A DNA stretch of 64,000 bases, taken from an uncultured Methanoregulaceae archaeon (GTDB taxonomy: Archaea; Halobacteriota; Methanomicrobia; Methanomicrobiales; Methanospirillaceae). The translations under genes and the position numbers were made by a program. Under the pieces are notes generated by a model. The model was not told the DNA's origin, searched no databases, and saw only the letters and a program-made list of their open reading frames with translations. The DNA is taken from positions 288,001-352,000 of the forward strand of contig OY970061.1 in NCBI GenBank assembly GCA_963705255.1, written 5' to 3'. Each line of letters opens with the position of its first letter. Position 1 is the stretch's first letter. Positions 50,069-61,903 of this stretch are shown here, piece after piece.

Positions 50069-51724
50069 TCACCTCCCTGTTGCAAAATCATCCCCGCAGA
50101 TCTCGCACCCCCGCAGGAGCACCTGGTCTTTCTTGCTGTTGTACCGGTAGATCGTCACCCCCTTGCATCCGAGCGACCGGGCGAGCAGGAAGATCCTGCT
50201 GATCTCATCCGCATCGGCATGTTCGGGTAAATTAACGGTCTTCGAGACAGCATTGTCGACATGCTTCTGGAAGACCGCCTGCATCCGGATGTGGTGATCC
50301 GCCGAGATCTCGGGGGCGGTCTTGTAGAGCTCCTTCACGACCTCGGGAACCGGCGAGGAAGCAAGGGTGCCTGTCCGGTTTACCTGTGCAAGGATATCCG
50401 TACCGCTGCTAAGGGACTGGAGGTATTTCTTCAGGAGGGGATGGAAGAGGGGCAGCACCCAGGTGCCCATCCGCCGGGTGCTGGCAAGGGAGAAGAGCGG
50501 CTCTATCCCGCTGCTGGTATCGGCGATGAGGTGGAGCGAGCCCGTAGGTGCGATGGTCGTCACGGTGGCGTTGCGCATCGGGTTGGTGTAAATGCTCTTC
50601 TCAATCGCAGGAAACGAGCCCTTCTCCTCCCCCAGTTCCCGGGAGGTCTCCTGTGCCTCGCGGGCGATGAGCGCCATCGTGCGGTCGGCAAAGGCGAGCG
50701 CCTCTTTCGATTCGTACGGGATCTCCATGAGGATGAAGGCATCGGCAAGCCCCATGATGCCGAGTCCGATCTTCCGGGTGAGGAGGGTCCTCTCCCGGAT
50801 CTCGGGCACAGGGAATTTGTTCACATCGATAACGGCGTCGAGGAACTTCACTCCCTGGCGGGTAACCGTCCGCAGGAGGTCCTCGTCCAGGTTCCCGCGG
50901 GCGATGCAGCGGGAGAGGTTGATGCTCCCGAGGTTGCAGCTCTCGAACGGGAAGAGCGGCTGCTCCCCGCAGGGGTTCGTTGCGTCCATGGTCCCGAGGC
51001 CCGGCACGGTATTCTTTTCGTTGATGACGTCGAGGAAGAGGACCCCGGGATCTCCGGTCTGCCACGCCGCAGAGCAGAGCGCATTCCAGAGTTCGCGGGC
51101 ATCGATGCTCTTTTTCACCGAACCGTCCCGGGGATTGATGAGATCGTACTGCAGGCCGCGCTCGAGGCATGCGAAAAAATGTGCATCGAATCCGACGGAG
51201 ATGTTGAAGTTGTCCAGTCCGCCCTGGTTCTTGGCATTGATAAATGCCAGGATATCCGGGTGGGAACTGTTGAGCACCGCCATATTTGCCCCCCTCCGTT
51301 TCCCCCCCTGTTTGATGGCATTCGTTGCCTCGTCAAAGACGCGGATGAACGGGAGCGGGCCGCTTGCGACACCCGATGTCGAAGCTACCGGATCGCCGGC
51401 GGGACGGATACGGCCGAACGAGAACCCGGTACCTCCGCCGCTCTGGTGGATCTGTGCCATGGTAGCAAGGGTGGAAAAAATTCCCTGGAGGGAGTCTTCC
51501 ACAGGTAACACAAAACAGGCAGAGAGCTGGCCGCCGGCTGTTCCGGCATTCATCAGGGTAGGGGAGTTGGGTATGAACAGCAGTTCTTCCATGATATGAA
51601 GGAAATCCTTCGATCCAGGAGTATCGATTGCATCTGCCACACGGCGGAAAAGTTCGTCGGGAGTTTCGTCCGGAAGAAGGTACCGGTATTCAAGGAGTGC
51701 TTCTGCGACAGGGGTCAGATCCAT
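50069..51724 (-). CDS. nrdJ: Adenosylcobalamin-dependent (class II) ribonucleotide reductase
   Basis: PNSPTLMNAG, QLSACFV, KQGGKRRGANM, TNPCGEQ, TIAPTG, SSGIEP, SKTVN, KGVTIYR, C-terminal CEIC. Confidence 0.92.
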   Translation of the reverse strand: MDLTPVAEALLEYRYLLPDETPDELFRRVADAIDTPGSKDFLHIMEELLFIPNSPTLMNAGTAGGQLSACFVLPVEDSLQGIFSTLATMAQIHQSGGGTGFSFGRIRPAGDPVASTSGVASGPLPFIRVFDEATNAIKQGGKRRGANMAVLNSSHPDILAFINAKNQGGLDNFNISVGFDAHFFACLERGLQYDLINPRDGSVKKSIDARELWNALCSAAWQTGDPGVLFLDVINEKNTVPGLGTMDATNPCGEQPLFPFESCNLGSINLSRCIARGNLDEDLLRTVTRQGVKFLDAVIDVNKFPVPEIRERTLLTRKIGLGIMGLADAFILMEIPYESKEALAFADRTMALIAREAQETSRELGEEKGSFPAIEKSIYTNPMRNATVTTIAPTGSLHLIADTSSGIEPLFSLASTRRMGTWVLPLFHPLLKKYLQSLSSGTDILAQVNRTGTLASSPVPEVVKELYKTAPEISADHHIRMQAVFQKHVDNAVSKTVNLPEHADADEISRIFLLARSLGCKGVTIYRYNSKKDQVLLRGCEICGDDFATGR

Positions 51725-52216
51725 AAAGCCACTAGGTGCCCGTGTTAACGTAATGGCATATATAGTATTGGTTCATGGTAAGCGCTATCTTCTTGCCTTG
51801 CGAAATTCCCGGAAAAATCTTTCCACAAAACTTTTTCCGGAACATTTTCTGCGAATTCAAAAAAAAAAAAACGGCCCATCGCTTATCCTCCACACCGGCC
51901 AGCCGGGGCGCCACCGTCGCGGCACACGGCTGCACCCCCTGCGAGTACAGGCCGGGCCCCCGGCTAAAAAAAGAATTTACGTATTCAGGGGCGACTCGTT
52001 CATGCCAAGGAAATTGAGTGCATTCTCCCCGTACTCGACAGGTGCATACTGGGATCTGACATGCGGGAGCCCCTTGAACCGCACGAGCCATGATCCATTG
52101 ATCTGCCCGGCCATCCGGCACCGGAGCTGATACAGCCGGAACGGACAAGAGGAACTGCCTCGTCCGTCAGCCTTATGCTCCGGCGAACAGCATTGGATAG
52201 AAGATGTGGATAGAAG

Positions 52217-52771
52217 ATGGCTGATAAAAAGTATGAATCATTGATGATTGAGAATATCGTTGCATCCGGCGTGATCGCCGAGTCCATAGATCTCGCTGAG
52301 TTCTCAAAAAATGTCGGGAACTGCGAACTCAACAAGAAACGGTTTCCCGGTGCGGTATACCGGATCCCGGATCCCAGGATCGCGTGCCTGGTCTTCTCGT
52401 CGGGCAAGATAGTCCTCACCGGCATCCGCAACCACCAGGCGCTTGCTGACGGACTTGCCATTCTCGTCAGCTCGTTAAAAAAGGCGGGTATTGAACCTCT
52501 CAAAGAGCCCAGAGTTGCGATCACCAATATGGTCTGTTCATACAATCTCGGGAGATACATCAATATCAACAAGTTGAGCGTCACGCTCAATCTCGAAAAT
52601 ATCGAGTACGAACCCGAACAGTTTCCCGGGCTGGTATACCGGATCAAAGATCCCAAGATCGTCGTCCTTATCTTCTCTTCGGGAAAGATCATTCTCACGG
52701 GTGGCAAGAACCTGAAAGACATCAAGAAGGGGCTTGATATCCTCGAAGAGAAGCTCGCGAGCGTCCTGTAA
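52217..52771 (+). CDS. tbp: TATA-box-binding protein
   Basis: Two TBP repeats: IENIVAS..FPGAVYR..VFSSGKIVLTG and YEPEQFPGLVYR..IFSSGKIILTG. Confidence 0.97.
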   Translation: MADKKYESLMIENIVASGVIAESIDLAEFSKNVGNCELNKKRFPGAVYRIPDPRIACLVFSSGKIVLTGIRNHQALADGLAILVSSLKKAGIEPLKEPRVAITNMVCSYNLGRYININKLSVTLNLENIEYEPEQFPGLVYRIKDPKIVVLIFSSGKIILTGGKNLKDIKKGLDILEEKLASVL

Positions 52772-53007
52772 AAGAGGACATATTTTTTGGCTTTGTCGAT
52801 GCGGCAAAGACTGCATGGCAGTATGCCGGCAGCGGTTGCTGTAGTGCGGGCAGGATCCACGCCTCGCACGTGCACGACGCCGTCTGTTTCCTGTATAACC
52901 TGCGGGAGTCACGCGATGTACCCTGCCGCAGGAAACGCCATGAATCACGATACTCAAATCAGAACCGTTCATAAAAACCATTAACCATTCAGCGCACGTG
53001 TAAGAAA

Positions 53008-53240
53008 ATGGTGATACTCCTGGAAAGACAGCCCGTGAAGTCCCGTATCCTGCGCTCCGTGGGATATGATGCCACCACAAAAATCCTGGAGATCGAATTC
53101 CAGACAGGACTTGTGTACCAGTATTCGGGCGTCCCTCCGAAAGTCTACAAGGATCTTATGAGCTCCGATGCGATTGGAAAATACTTTTCCGAGAAGATCC
53201 GAAACGGTTCCACACAAAACCGGTGGTCAGATAACTATCA
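53008..53240 (+). CDS. KTSC domain protein (3' end obscured by a probable frameshift)
   Basis: RQPVKS..LRSVGYD...LEIEF..G.VYQY.GVP..VY..LM...IGKYF. Confidence 0.85.
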
Positions 53241-53425
53241 TTCCCAAAAGGACCCGCATGACAGCCTTGGCCAGCCCCCGTCCGGCGCGTCGCATGAGTT
53301 GAGCCCCGCTCCTCCCCCGCCGGCCAGCCGGGGCTCCAGCCTGCCCGGTGCACGGGACATCCCCGGCATCGATTCCCATCTCACGGGTACCCGGGAAGAA
53401 TGTGGCGGTGGGCCGGTCCGGCATT

Positions 53426-55165
53426 CTAATCGATCCTCTGAATCCTCCCGTCAACCGTCACGTTCACCGGTTGCGGCAACGACCCCACATAGGTAACAAG
53501 TGAATCGACATCGACCGGCCCGTAGGTCGTGTTCGTTCCTTCCTCAAACGTCGTGTACCCGTCACCGCCCATGGCAAGGTACCCGACCGTGGAAACGGTG
53601 TAGCTCGCATTTGCGTCCAGCGGGACACCGTGTATCGTTACCGCAGTCACCTTGCTGCCTGCAGGTTTTGCTGCATCATAGGTATACACAAGTCCCGAGA
53701 CGACGAGATTGCTCGGGGGGAGCGGTTGCTGCCACTGCTGTTCAAGGGCCTGCCGGATCTGAATACCTGACAGGGTCATTGACAGGACCGTCCCGGCCAG
53801 GCTGGGCAGCATACAGGTCGTTCCAGGTAATAGTTCCCCGTGACAGGTCTGAAAAAATGTCGGCGGAAGTATCAAATCCCACGTCTGTATTCATCGCGGC
53901 CCGCTCCCCGTCCGCAACCAGATCTCCCATCGCCGATTCCCCGGCACGGTCCTGGTCCCGGGTAATATTCAGGGCGGCAACGCCGATCGTCCGGTTCTCG
54001 ACCGGAGCAACGGCATTCTGGGCCGCTGCAAGGAGCGCAGCGGCAGCGGGATCCGGGCTGGTGACGGGAGGCTGGTCCGCATATGCCGGGATAATCCGTG
54101 CGGATTTCCCCACGATCTCCCCGCTCGCCCTGTCGATGGTGAGATCGACATCTGCATACCCCCTGCTGTACATGTACGCCTGCGTGACGAGCACGGGTTT
54201 TCCGCCGGCATTGGCCAGGTAGGCGTTGGTAAACTCATGGGTATGGGCGGACAGCACGACGTCGACAGCCGGGTCGAGCCGGGGAATAATTGCGGTCACC
54301 CGCCCGCTCACGTTTCCGTTCGCCCGCGTGGGGCCGTCATAAGGAGTCTGGTTCCCGCCTTCGTGAAGCAGGACAATGATCGCATGCACACCCTGTTTCT
54401 GAATCTCCGGAATATACCGGTTTATGGAATCGGCTTCGTCGAGAAAGGTCACCCCTTCGACATTGGCAGCGTTCGTGAGCTGGGGGGTGGTCATCGTATC
54501 TGCACCGATGAACGCAATCGTCACCCCGCTGACATTTCGCAGGGTATAGGGCGGGAGGACGGGAGTGTTGTTGGCTGTCCAGACCACATTTGCGCAGACA
54601 TAGCCGATTCTCGTGCCGGGTACGGATCGACGAGGTGGGTGATATTCGTCGCCCCATCCCCCCCGTTTATCTTTCTCATCAGTTCCGGTATCCCGTTATT
54701 GAACTCCTGGTTGCCCAGCGTTGCAACCATATTACAGGAGACATTCGGGGAGTTCGATCCGACGGTACAGTACTGGTTTGCAAAGCTGTTGAAGAACAGC
54801 ATCGTCGGCTCGTCAAGGAGCAGCCCGGATACGGGAGGCGATGACCCGACCACATCCCCGGGCAGGGCGATGATGGTGCCATCTGCATTCCCGGACGCCA
54901 TCGCCGATTTGAGGTAGGAGGCCAGTACCGGGGCACCCCCGACGGGGCGGTTGTTCAGGGTCTGCCCCGGGGGCATGTGCCCGTGGAAATCGTTTACCGC
55001 GAGAATTTTTACATGGACGGTCGCGTTGGTATGCGGTGCCTGGGCAGGCCCGGAAAGATACCCTGAAAGGAAAATCGGTGCCAGTATGAGAACACAGAGA
55101 ACGCAGAACCCCAGGAGAATCTGTAGCTTGATCGGGATCCTGTCCCACCGGAAGTCGGGTGCCAT
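53426..55165 (-). CDS. Bifunctional metallophosphatase/5'-nucleotidase, split over three frames
   Basis: VNDFHG, GDVVG, LGNQEF, LLHEG, SAHTH, ESAMGDLVAD, YLAMGGDGY. Confidence 0.88.
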
Positions 55166-55652
55166 GATACTGAATCTTTTGTATGCGATCATTTAATTGT
55201 TGAGTTTCCCGGTGAACAGACGGGGGGATACTGTCTGTGGATCCTCTGGATGTTCGTAGTGTCCGACCAGCTGCCGAATTCCCTGCAGAAAAGCCGTATG
55301 CGCTCTGTCCCATCGAGGGAACTCAGGCGGGATCTTCCTTGTGCGCTACCGGGCCCGGTCATCGTGTACCCGGCGATTCTTCCCGCCATCAACCGGGCTT
55401 TTCGTGCTGCCTCCTCCTCCCCGTACGGCTTAACTGGCAGTGCGACAGGACTCCCCTTCATCCTGCGATCGCATGCGTCGACCCTCACCCTTCCCGCACT
55501 CTGCCTGAGCCCCGCCCAGCTCGTACCACGCCTGCCCGGGTGGCCCCGCGGCCCGTTTTTTCCAATGCGTGCACCTGAAAAAATCCCGGCCCTCGGGAAC
55601 CCGTGATTTTCCGGATCGTTGTTGTTTTCAGGATGCGTAAAAAAAGTGCCGC

Positions 55653-57194
55653 CTAATACCCGCTCTTCACCGTCGGGGTCTCATTGATGTCGAGGTACCG
55701 GCCCCCGTCCCGGGTATACTGTGGCCAGGTCACCGTCATCCCGCCATTCGGGTCCCCTGTCTTTGCGAACCGGGTCCAGAGATCCACGAGGTTGTCCCCC
55801 ACCGACGGATCCGATTTGATCCCGGGCAGGCTGAACAACAGGAGGGTCTCGCTGCCATGGAATGCCCCGTTGGGCTGCCCGGGCAGGACATAGGAGTACC
55901 GGTAGAGGTACGAGCTCCGGTTCAGGTCTGCCATCGATCCGGCCGCAAACTTCGCGGAGTCGGAAAAGTCGTAGCGAGTCATGATCTGGGCCAGGCGGAG
56001 CTGGACCTCCTGCGTTGAATTGGCAGGATACTTTGCAAGAACCGCATCCGCATCCTTCCCGAACTGGTTCCGGATAAATGTCACGTACTCCGGAACGGTC
56101 ATGTTCGCGTTCGCGGAGAGCGTGGTCCCGTCGTTGGCGTTCGTCCCGATCATCAGGGGGACCGGGTTCTCGCGGTGGAGACCGAACAGGGCGTCCACGG
56201 AGTCAGGAAGGATCCACCCGTCGATAGTCGGCTCGAAATGGAGGGTGTGGGTGAGATTCCATGAGGTTGACGGCCATGGCATTGCATTGATCAGATCCCC
56301 GACACTCCTGTTTCGCATCTGTGCAATCGCATCCGGGCCCGGATACCCGAGGCTCGTCGCGTACGCTTCTCCAATCTGTTCGGCGTCGGCTTTTGAATGG
56401 ACGTTGTCGATCGTCGGCCCGTTCGCCCAGAAGGGGCCGCTCTCGACAATTGCCTGCCGGTAGAGCCCCCTGCTCTGCGGGCTGACAAGATGGATGAGGA
56501 CGCTCTCCCCTCCAGCCGACTGCCCGAAGATAGTCACCCGTGACGGGTCGCCGCCGAACGCCCCGATGTTCCGCTGGACCCACTGCAGGGCCGCAACCTG
56601 GTCGAGGATACCGTAATTGCCCGAGCTGTTGTGCGGGGACTCGTTGTCCAGCTGGGGATGGGCAAGGAAGCCGAGAGCGCCCATGCGGTAATTGGTCGTA
56701 ACGACGATAACCCCTTTCTCTGCAAGGGTGGTCCCGTTATAGACCGCCATCGTGCCAAACGGAGTGACCTGCCCAAATGCCCCGCCATAGAAGAAGACCA
56801 TGACCGGCAGCCTGTCACCAGGACCCCGTGCGGGAGTCCAGACATTGAGGTACAGGCAGTCCTCGCTCATGTTGGGAACGTAGGATCCGGTGACCGGCTG
56901 GGGGCAGGTCGCTGAATACTCCCTCGTCTCCTTCACACCTTCCCATGGCGTAATGGGTGCGGGCGGTCTCCACCGCAGGTTGCCGGTCGGGGGAGCCGCG
57001 AACGGGATGCCGAGGTAGACCCGGAGCCCGTTCTGCTGTATTCCCGAAACCGAGCCGGCGTCAGTCTTCACAATGCCGGATTCGTTCACAACACCGGATG
57101 CCGGTTCCTTCTGGGCACACCCGGCAAGGAAAGAAAAACCGATGAGGACCAGGCAGATTACCAGAACACAACTTGTCAGCTTGTACGTTTGCAT
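55653..57194 (-). CDS. Type-B carboxylesterase/lipase lipoprotein
   Basis: Lipobox LAGC; SEDCLYLNVW, GGAF, GQSAG, FHGSE. Confidence 0.93.
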   Translation of the reverse strand: MQTYKLTSCVLVICLVLIGFSFLAGCAQKEPASGVVNESGIVKTDAGSVSGIQQNGLRVYLGIPFAAPPTGNLRWRPPAPITPWEGVKETREYSATCPQPVTGSYVPNMSEDCLYLNVWTPARGPGDRLPVMVFFYGGAFGQVTPFGTMAVYNGTTLAEKGVIVVTTNYRMGALGFLAHPQLDNESPHNSSGNYGILDQVAALQWVQRNIGAFGGDPSRVTIFGQSAGGESVLIHLVSPQSRGLYRQAIVESGPFWANGPTIDNVHSKADAEQIGEAYATSLGYPGPDAIAQMRNRSVGDLINAMPWPSTSWNLTHTLHFEPTIDGWILPDSVDALFGLHRENPVPLMIGTNANDGTTLSANANMTVPEYVTFIRNQFGKDADAVLAKYPANSTQEVQLRLAQIMTRYDFSDSAKFAAGSMADLNRSSYLYRYSYVLPGQPNGAFHGSETLLLFSLPGIKSDPSVGDNLVDLWTRFAKTGDPNGGMTVTWPQYTRDGGRYLDINETPTVKSGY

Positions 57195-57591
57195 ACGATT
57201 GCATCCTTTCCTGTTTTCAGAATGGAAGAGCCGGGTGTTCGAAGGAGGGAGGGCGGTTTTTCCGGATCCCGCTGCACCTTCTCATCCAAAAATAACCAGA
57301 GACGTTTTTGTGAATATTCCATTGGAATACCTTTAACGCTATGTATCTGCCGGTATCCGATAACCCGTCCCTTCGCCTGCCCTCTCCACAATCGATCGCG
57401 TTCGAAGAATCCTGATGGATTCTTCTCGAGCTCTTACTCCCCCAGGGGAGTAATCGCACGCCCAAACGCCCCCCGCTCACCGGCCCACGACTGCACCGCC
57501 ATGCGGGACCCGGGCGGACCGCTGAGCCGGGAAAATGCGATCCGGGAGGCCTCTGCCACGATCCGGAGCCTGTCCGAACGCGAATTTTTAA

Positions 57592-58284
57592 TCAACGTAC
57601 GTGAATTCCGGATACGCTGCAGGTTCTTTTCCCCGGATGAAGATCCCGGCATGGTACAGGACCTGTCGAGGAATTGCCAAATGGCGGGATCCCTTCGTAA
57701 TCATGCCAGCGGGAGAGGAACTCCTGCCTCGGGATCACCCCGCGGGTTCCGAGCATGGCCGGGTCCTCGAAGTATACGTTGCTGCTGTCAAGCCCGATCA
57801 CCACCATGTAGTGCCCATCCTCCCAGGTATCGTTCCATGAGATGTTTACTCCGCCGGGATCCCGCCATGCCTGGCATGTGATGATCACCGGGACGCTATC
57901 GGCCAACGACAGCTCCAGATCGCTCAGCGTGAGGTTTGTCCGCAGTTCAGCCTCCAGGCCGTGAGCCCGGGCAACCCGGACGATGGACTCCGGGGGAGTA
58001 CCACTCGCTTCGCTGGTGTTCAGTTCCTGCATGAGCACGCCCTCCCGCAGATCGATTCCCCAGTAACTGAAGACGGCCTGGAGGGATGCAGCCCCGCAGG
58101 AATATGACTGGCTCTGCCGGACATCCGGGACCTGGCTTAAGAGACCGGGGACCGTTGCCGATCCTGGTACGGTCTGGTTGGGCATGACCTGCGGGGGAGC
58201 GGAATTCTGCACGCAACCGGTTGAAACGATGATCCCCGCGAGGAGGACAAGGGACAGGATGAGCAGAGGGAGAGACCTGTGCAT
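57592..58284 (-). CDS. C39 family cysteine peptidase lipoprotein
   Basis: Lipobox STGC; QSQSYSCGAASL, GHYMVVIG, YFEDP. Confidence 0.85.
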   Translation of the reverse strand: MHRSLPLLILSLVLLAGIIVSTGCVQNSAPPQVMPNQTVPGSATVPGLLSQVPDVRQSQSYSCGAASLQAVFSYWGIDLREGVLMQELNTSEASGTPPESIVRVARAHGLEAELRTNLTLSDLELSLADSVPVIITCQAWRDPGGVNISWNDTWEDGHYMVVIGLDSSNVYFEDPAMLGTRGVIPRQEFLSRWHDYEGIPPFGNSSTGPVPCRDLHPGKRTCSVSGIHVR

Positions 58285-58541
58285 GGCAACACCGTGATTC
58301 AGAGTGGATTGTCCCGGAACCATTTATGGTTTTATGTGTCTGTCGAAAAGAGAAGGGGCTCTCGATTGGTGTGATCTCCCTGATCTGTCCGGTTTTTTCC
58401 GCACGGAAAATCCACCAAGCCGGTCCCGGCATCAGCCCGCCTTTCCCAGTTCTCCCGGGGATCCCGGTAACAAGCGTATTAACAGAACAAGGCAGTAGTT
58501 ATACCGGAATACCTGCGGGTTGACGGAAAGGACACAATCTC

Positions 58542-59528
58542 ATGACGGTCGCATTGCACATCCAGAACCTGACACGGCGCTTCAACGACCTGGTCGCCGT
58601 CGACGATATATCATTTGACATCAATCGGGGAGAGATCTTCGGCCTGCTGGGGCCCAATGGCGCCGGGAAGACGACCACCCTCTCGATGCTCGCCACCATG
58701 CTCACCCCCACGTCCGGTTCGGCGACGGTCAATGGCATCGATATCGGGCAGGACCCGGACGGGGTCAGGAAAGCCATCGGCATCGTCTTCCAGGACCAGA
58801 GCCTTGACGAGGAACTGACGGCCTGGGAGAACATGGATTTCCATGGCCGGCTCTACCGGATCCCGGCAGAGACCAGGAAAGAACGGATCACGGAGCTCCT
58901 CCTGCTGGTGGAACTCAACGACCGCAGGGACGACATCGTCAAGACGTTCTCCGGCGGGATGAGGAGGCGCCTTGAGATCGCCCGCGGCCTTCTCCACCAC
59001 CCCTCGGTCCTCTTCCTCGACGAACCGACGCTCGGCCTCGATCCCCAGACCCGCAATCACCTCTGGAACTACATCGATGCGCTCGCCAGGGAGAAAGGGA
59101 TCACGATTATCCTCACCACGCATTACATGGAGGAAGCGGACCGGTTGTGCAACCGGGTCGCCATCATCGATCACGGCAGGATCATCGCCATCGACACGCC
59201 GGAAAATCTCAAGGACGGCCTCGGGGGGGACCTGGTGACCATCCGGTCACCGGAGCCGGCTGCCGCGGCCGAAGCCCTCAAAGAACCCTGGGTCGTCCGG
59301 GTGGAAACCCATAACGATGAGGTGACCGTCAGCCTGAAGAATGCCGACCAGTTCGTCAGCACCATCGTCACCCTCCTGAACAAGCGGCAGGTCCCCATCA
59401 CATCGATCGCGATCCACAAGCCGACACTCGAGGATGTCTTCCTCTCCTTCACCGGGAAGACCATCCGGGAACAGGAAGCGGACCACAAGGAGACCATGCG
59501 CACCTACCAGCGGATGATGAGGCACTGA
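58542..59528 (+). CDS. ABC-2 exporter ATP-binding protein (DrrA-like)
   Basis: GPNGAGKT, FSGGMRRR, FLDEPT, TTHYMEEA, PTLEDVF. Confidence 0.95.
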   Translation: MTVALHIQNLTRRFNDLVAVDDISFDINRGEIFGLLGPNGAGKTTTLSMLATMLTPTSGSATVNGIDIGQDPDGVRKAIGIVFQDQSLDEELTAWENMDFHGRLYRIPAETRKERITELLLLVELNDRRDDIVKTFSGGMRRRLEIARGLLHHPSVLFLDEPTLGLDPQTRNHLWNYIDALAREKGITIILTTHYMEEADRLCNRVAIIDHGRIIAIDTPENLKDGLGGDLVTIRSPEPAAAAEALKEPWVVRVETHNDEVTVSLKNADQFVSTIVTLLNKRQVPITSIAIHKPTLEDVFLSFTGKTIREQEADHKETMRTYQRMMRH

Positions 59529-59530
59529 CC

Positions 59531-60280
59531 ATGGACATCATCTATACCATCTGGCTCCGGAACATGAAGCGCTACATCCGCTCAAAAAGCCGTATCATCG
59601 GCAGCATCAGCATGCCGCTCTTCTTCCTGCTCTTCCTCGGCTTCGGCATGAACTCCGTAGTACAGCTTCCCGGGCTCGGCGGCAATTATATCGTCTTCCT
59701 GATGCCGGGCATGGTCGCGATGAGCGTCATGTTCACCTCAGTCTTCTCCGGCATCCAGGTCATCTGGGACAAGCAGTTCGGATTTTTAAAGGAGACCCTC
59801 GTCGCACCGGTCTCGCGGCTGGAGATCATGCTGGGCCAGACCGCCGGCGGGGCGACGACGGCTGTCCTCCAGGGATTCATGATCCTCGTCATCTCCCTCT
59901 TCATCGGCCTCCATGTCTCGAGCGTGGCCGGTTTCCTTGTCGCACTCCTGTTCATGGTACTGATCGGCATCTCGTTCACGGCTTTTGGTATCGCCATCGC
60001 GTCAAGGATGGAGGACATGACCGGTTTCCAGCTGATCATGAACTTTGTCATCTTCCCGATATTCGGCCTGTCCGGGGCCCTCTTCCCCATCAGCTCGCTG
60101 CCCCCGTGGATAACGCCGGTCATCCTCATCGATCCCCTGACCTATGGCGTGGAAGGGATCCGGTATGGCCTGACCGGGGTATCCCAGATCAACCCCGGGG
60201 TCTGCCTCGCGGTGATCGGTGGTTTTGCCCTGGCAATGACGGCAGCCGGGGCGTACCTCTTCAGGAAGATCAGGATATAA
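59531..60280 (+). CDS. ABC-2 permease (DrrB-like)
   Basis: Six TM segments; FGFLKETLVAPVSR, LSGALFP, PLTYGV. Confidence 0.93.
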   Translation: MDIIYTIWLRNMKRYIRSKSRIIGSISMPLFFLLFLGFGMNSVVQLPGLGGNYIVFLMPGMVAMSVMFTSVFSGIQVIWDKQFGFLKETLVAPVSRLEIMLGQTAGGATTAVLQGFMILVISLFIGLHVSSVAGFLVALLFMVLIGISFTAFGIAIASRMEDMTGFQLIMNFVIFPIFGLSGALFPISSLPPWITPVILIDPLTYGVEGIRYGLTGVSQINPGVCLAVIGGFALAMTAAGAYLFRKIRI

Positions 60281-60489
60281 CCGGGAGAGCGATGGATCCG
60301 GGGACCCCCGGAACTGCCCCTCCCCCCACTTACCCCAGCCCATTCCGGTGATCGATCGCCCGCCCATGAGTGTCTATTAGCATCAATCATCGGAACCCGC
60401 CCGGTGCTGGCTCCAACCGGACGGGCAGCCACCAGCGGCCACGGATTCACCGCCGACCGGTGGCCAGCTCCCCGCAGGGAGGGTCCTGT

Positions 60490-60801
60490 TCAGTCACCCA
60501 TCGTGATCGATCGCGTTGACAGGACTTCGTAGATCTTCAGTTCCGTCGGGGCCGCGTGCCATGGTGCGGTCTTTGCAAAAAATTCCTGCATGTGGAGCCG
60601 GGCGAGATGGTAATCGAGGTGGCGCCGGCTCTCCCACTCTTCGAGAAAATGCACTATCCCGGGAGAGGACGCATCAACAACCAGTTCGTACCGGGTGCAG
60701 CCTTCCTCGCTGCGGACCATTGGTATGATCTTCTGTACTTCCCTGATATACTCTCCGCGCCGTTCCGGCACAAGGGTACATCGTGCATCAACAAGTATCA
60801 T
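60490..60801 (-). CDS. ABM-domain (putative quinol monooxygenase) protein
   Basis: RSEEGC..YEL...FLEEWES...L..H...H. Confidence 0.85.
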   Translation of the reverse strand: MILVDARCTLVPERRGEYIREVQKIIPMVRSEEGCTRYELVVDASSPGIVHFLEEWESRRHLDYHLARLHMQEFFAKTAPWHAAPTELKIYEVLSTRSITMGD

Positions 60802-61179
60802 ACATCTCCATCTCTCCGGGCGGTTATCGCAGGGATATCCGGCCCTCTTTTCGTTTTCTTTGGACACTCTCTGATCACGTCTCCCCCTCATTTAACCCTT
60901 GCTACCGTCCCCTTCAGATCAGACGGGGGAGAAAGGCCCCGTCGGGGGCCGCCAGGGAGAACAACCCGGCGGGGCGCCACCGCCGGCCGGATCCGGTAAG
61001 CATGGGAGTTGGTATACCGATGATATGCCCGATTCTTCCTGATCTTCTCTTTGTCGAAGAACGCATCCGTATTCTTCTCCGGCCTGCTATCCGTCGGGCA
61101 GTGGCCGTTCCCGGGAGTCGTTCTATCCTTTGACGGGTAGCGTAAGAATTATCTGCAATGGGATCCAGAGCAACCGCAC

Positions 61180-61860
61180 ATGGGAGAGATCATCGATGAT
61201 CCCCGCTCCGGGAACGAAGCTGATGTCTTTTCCGACCGCCACGATGCGGGAAGACGGCTGGGAGCGTTGATAAAAACACTTCCCGCCATCCGCAACCCGC
61301 TGGTCCTCGCAATCCCGGCAGGGGGCGTGCCGATCGGTAAGGAAGTCGCCGCGGCGCTTGGCGCACCGCTCTCGCTTGCGATCGTGAGAAAGATCCGGAT
61401 CCCCGGCAGCACTGAATCAGGATTCGGGGCGGTGACCTGGGACGGTCAGGTACTGATCAACGAACGGCTGCGTGCTGCCCTCGGCCTTTCGGCGCCTGAA
61501 GTCGATGAGGCGATCGCTGCCACGCAGAAAAATGTTCGGGAGCGGGTTGCCCGGTTTACCGGGGGGAGGACGGTTCCGGCACCTGCGGGAAAGACAGTCA
61601 TCCTGACCGATGACGGTCTTGCATCGGGGTTCACGATGCTCGCCGCGGTAAAGAGCATCCGGCTCCAGGAACCTGCCCGCATCCTTGTCGCCGTTCCCAC
61701 GGCATCCGCGTCCTCCGCCGAGATGGTCTCCCGGCAGGTGGATCGCCTGGTCTGCCTGAACATCCGGAGCGGCCGCATGTTTGCGGTTGCCGAGGCATAC
61801 GAAGAGTGGTATGACCTGGATGACCGGGAAGTTCTTGCAGAACTGGCAGGTATTCCATGA
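61180..61860 (+). CDS. Phosphoribosyltransferase family protein
   Basis: FSDRHDAG, AIPAGGVP, VILTDDGLASGFT PRPP-binding motif. Confidence 0.9.
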   Translation: MGEIIDDPRSGNEADVFSDRHDAGRRLGALIKTLPAIRNPLVLAIPAGGVPIGKEVAAALGAPLSLAIVRKIRIPGSTESGFGAVTWDGQVLINERLRAALGLSAPEVDEAIAATQKNVRERVARFTGGRTVPAPAGKTVILTDDGLASGFTMLAAVKSIRLQEPARILVAVPTASASSAEMVSRQVDRLVCLNIRSGRMFAVAEAYEEWYDLDDREVLAELAGIP

Positions 61861-61903
61861 ACCGGGTACTCGCCGGATGGTACCGGCAGGGGGGTCTCCG
61901 GAA

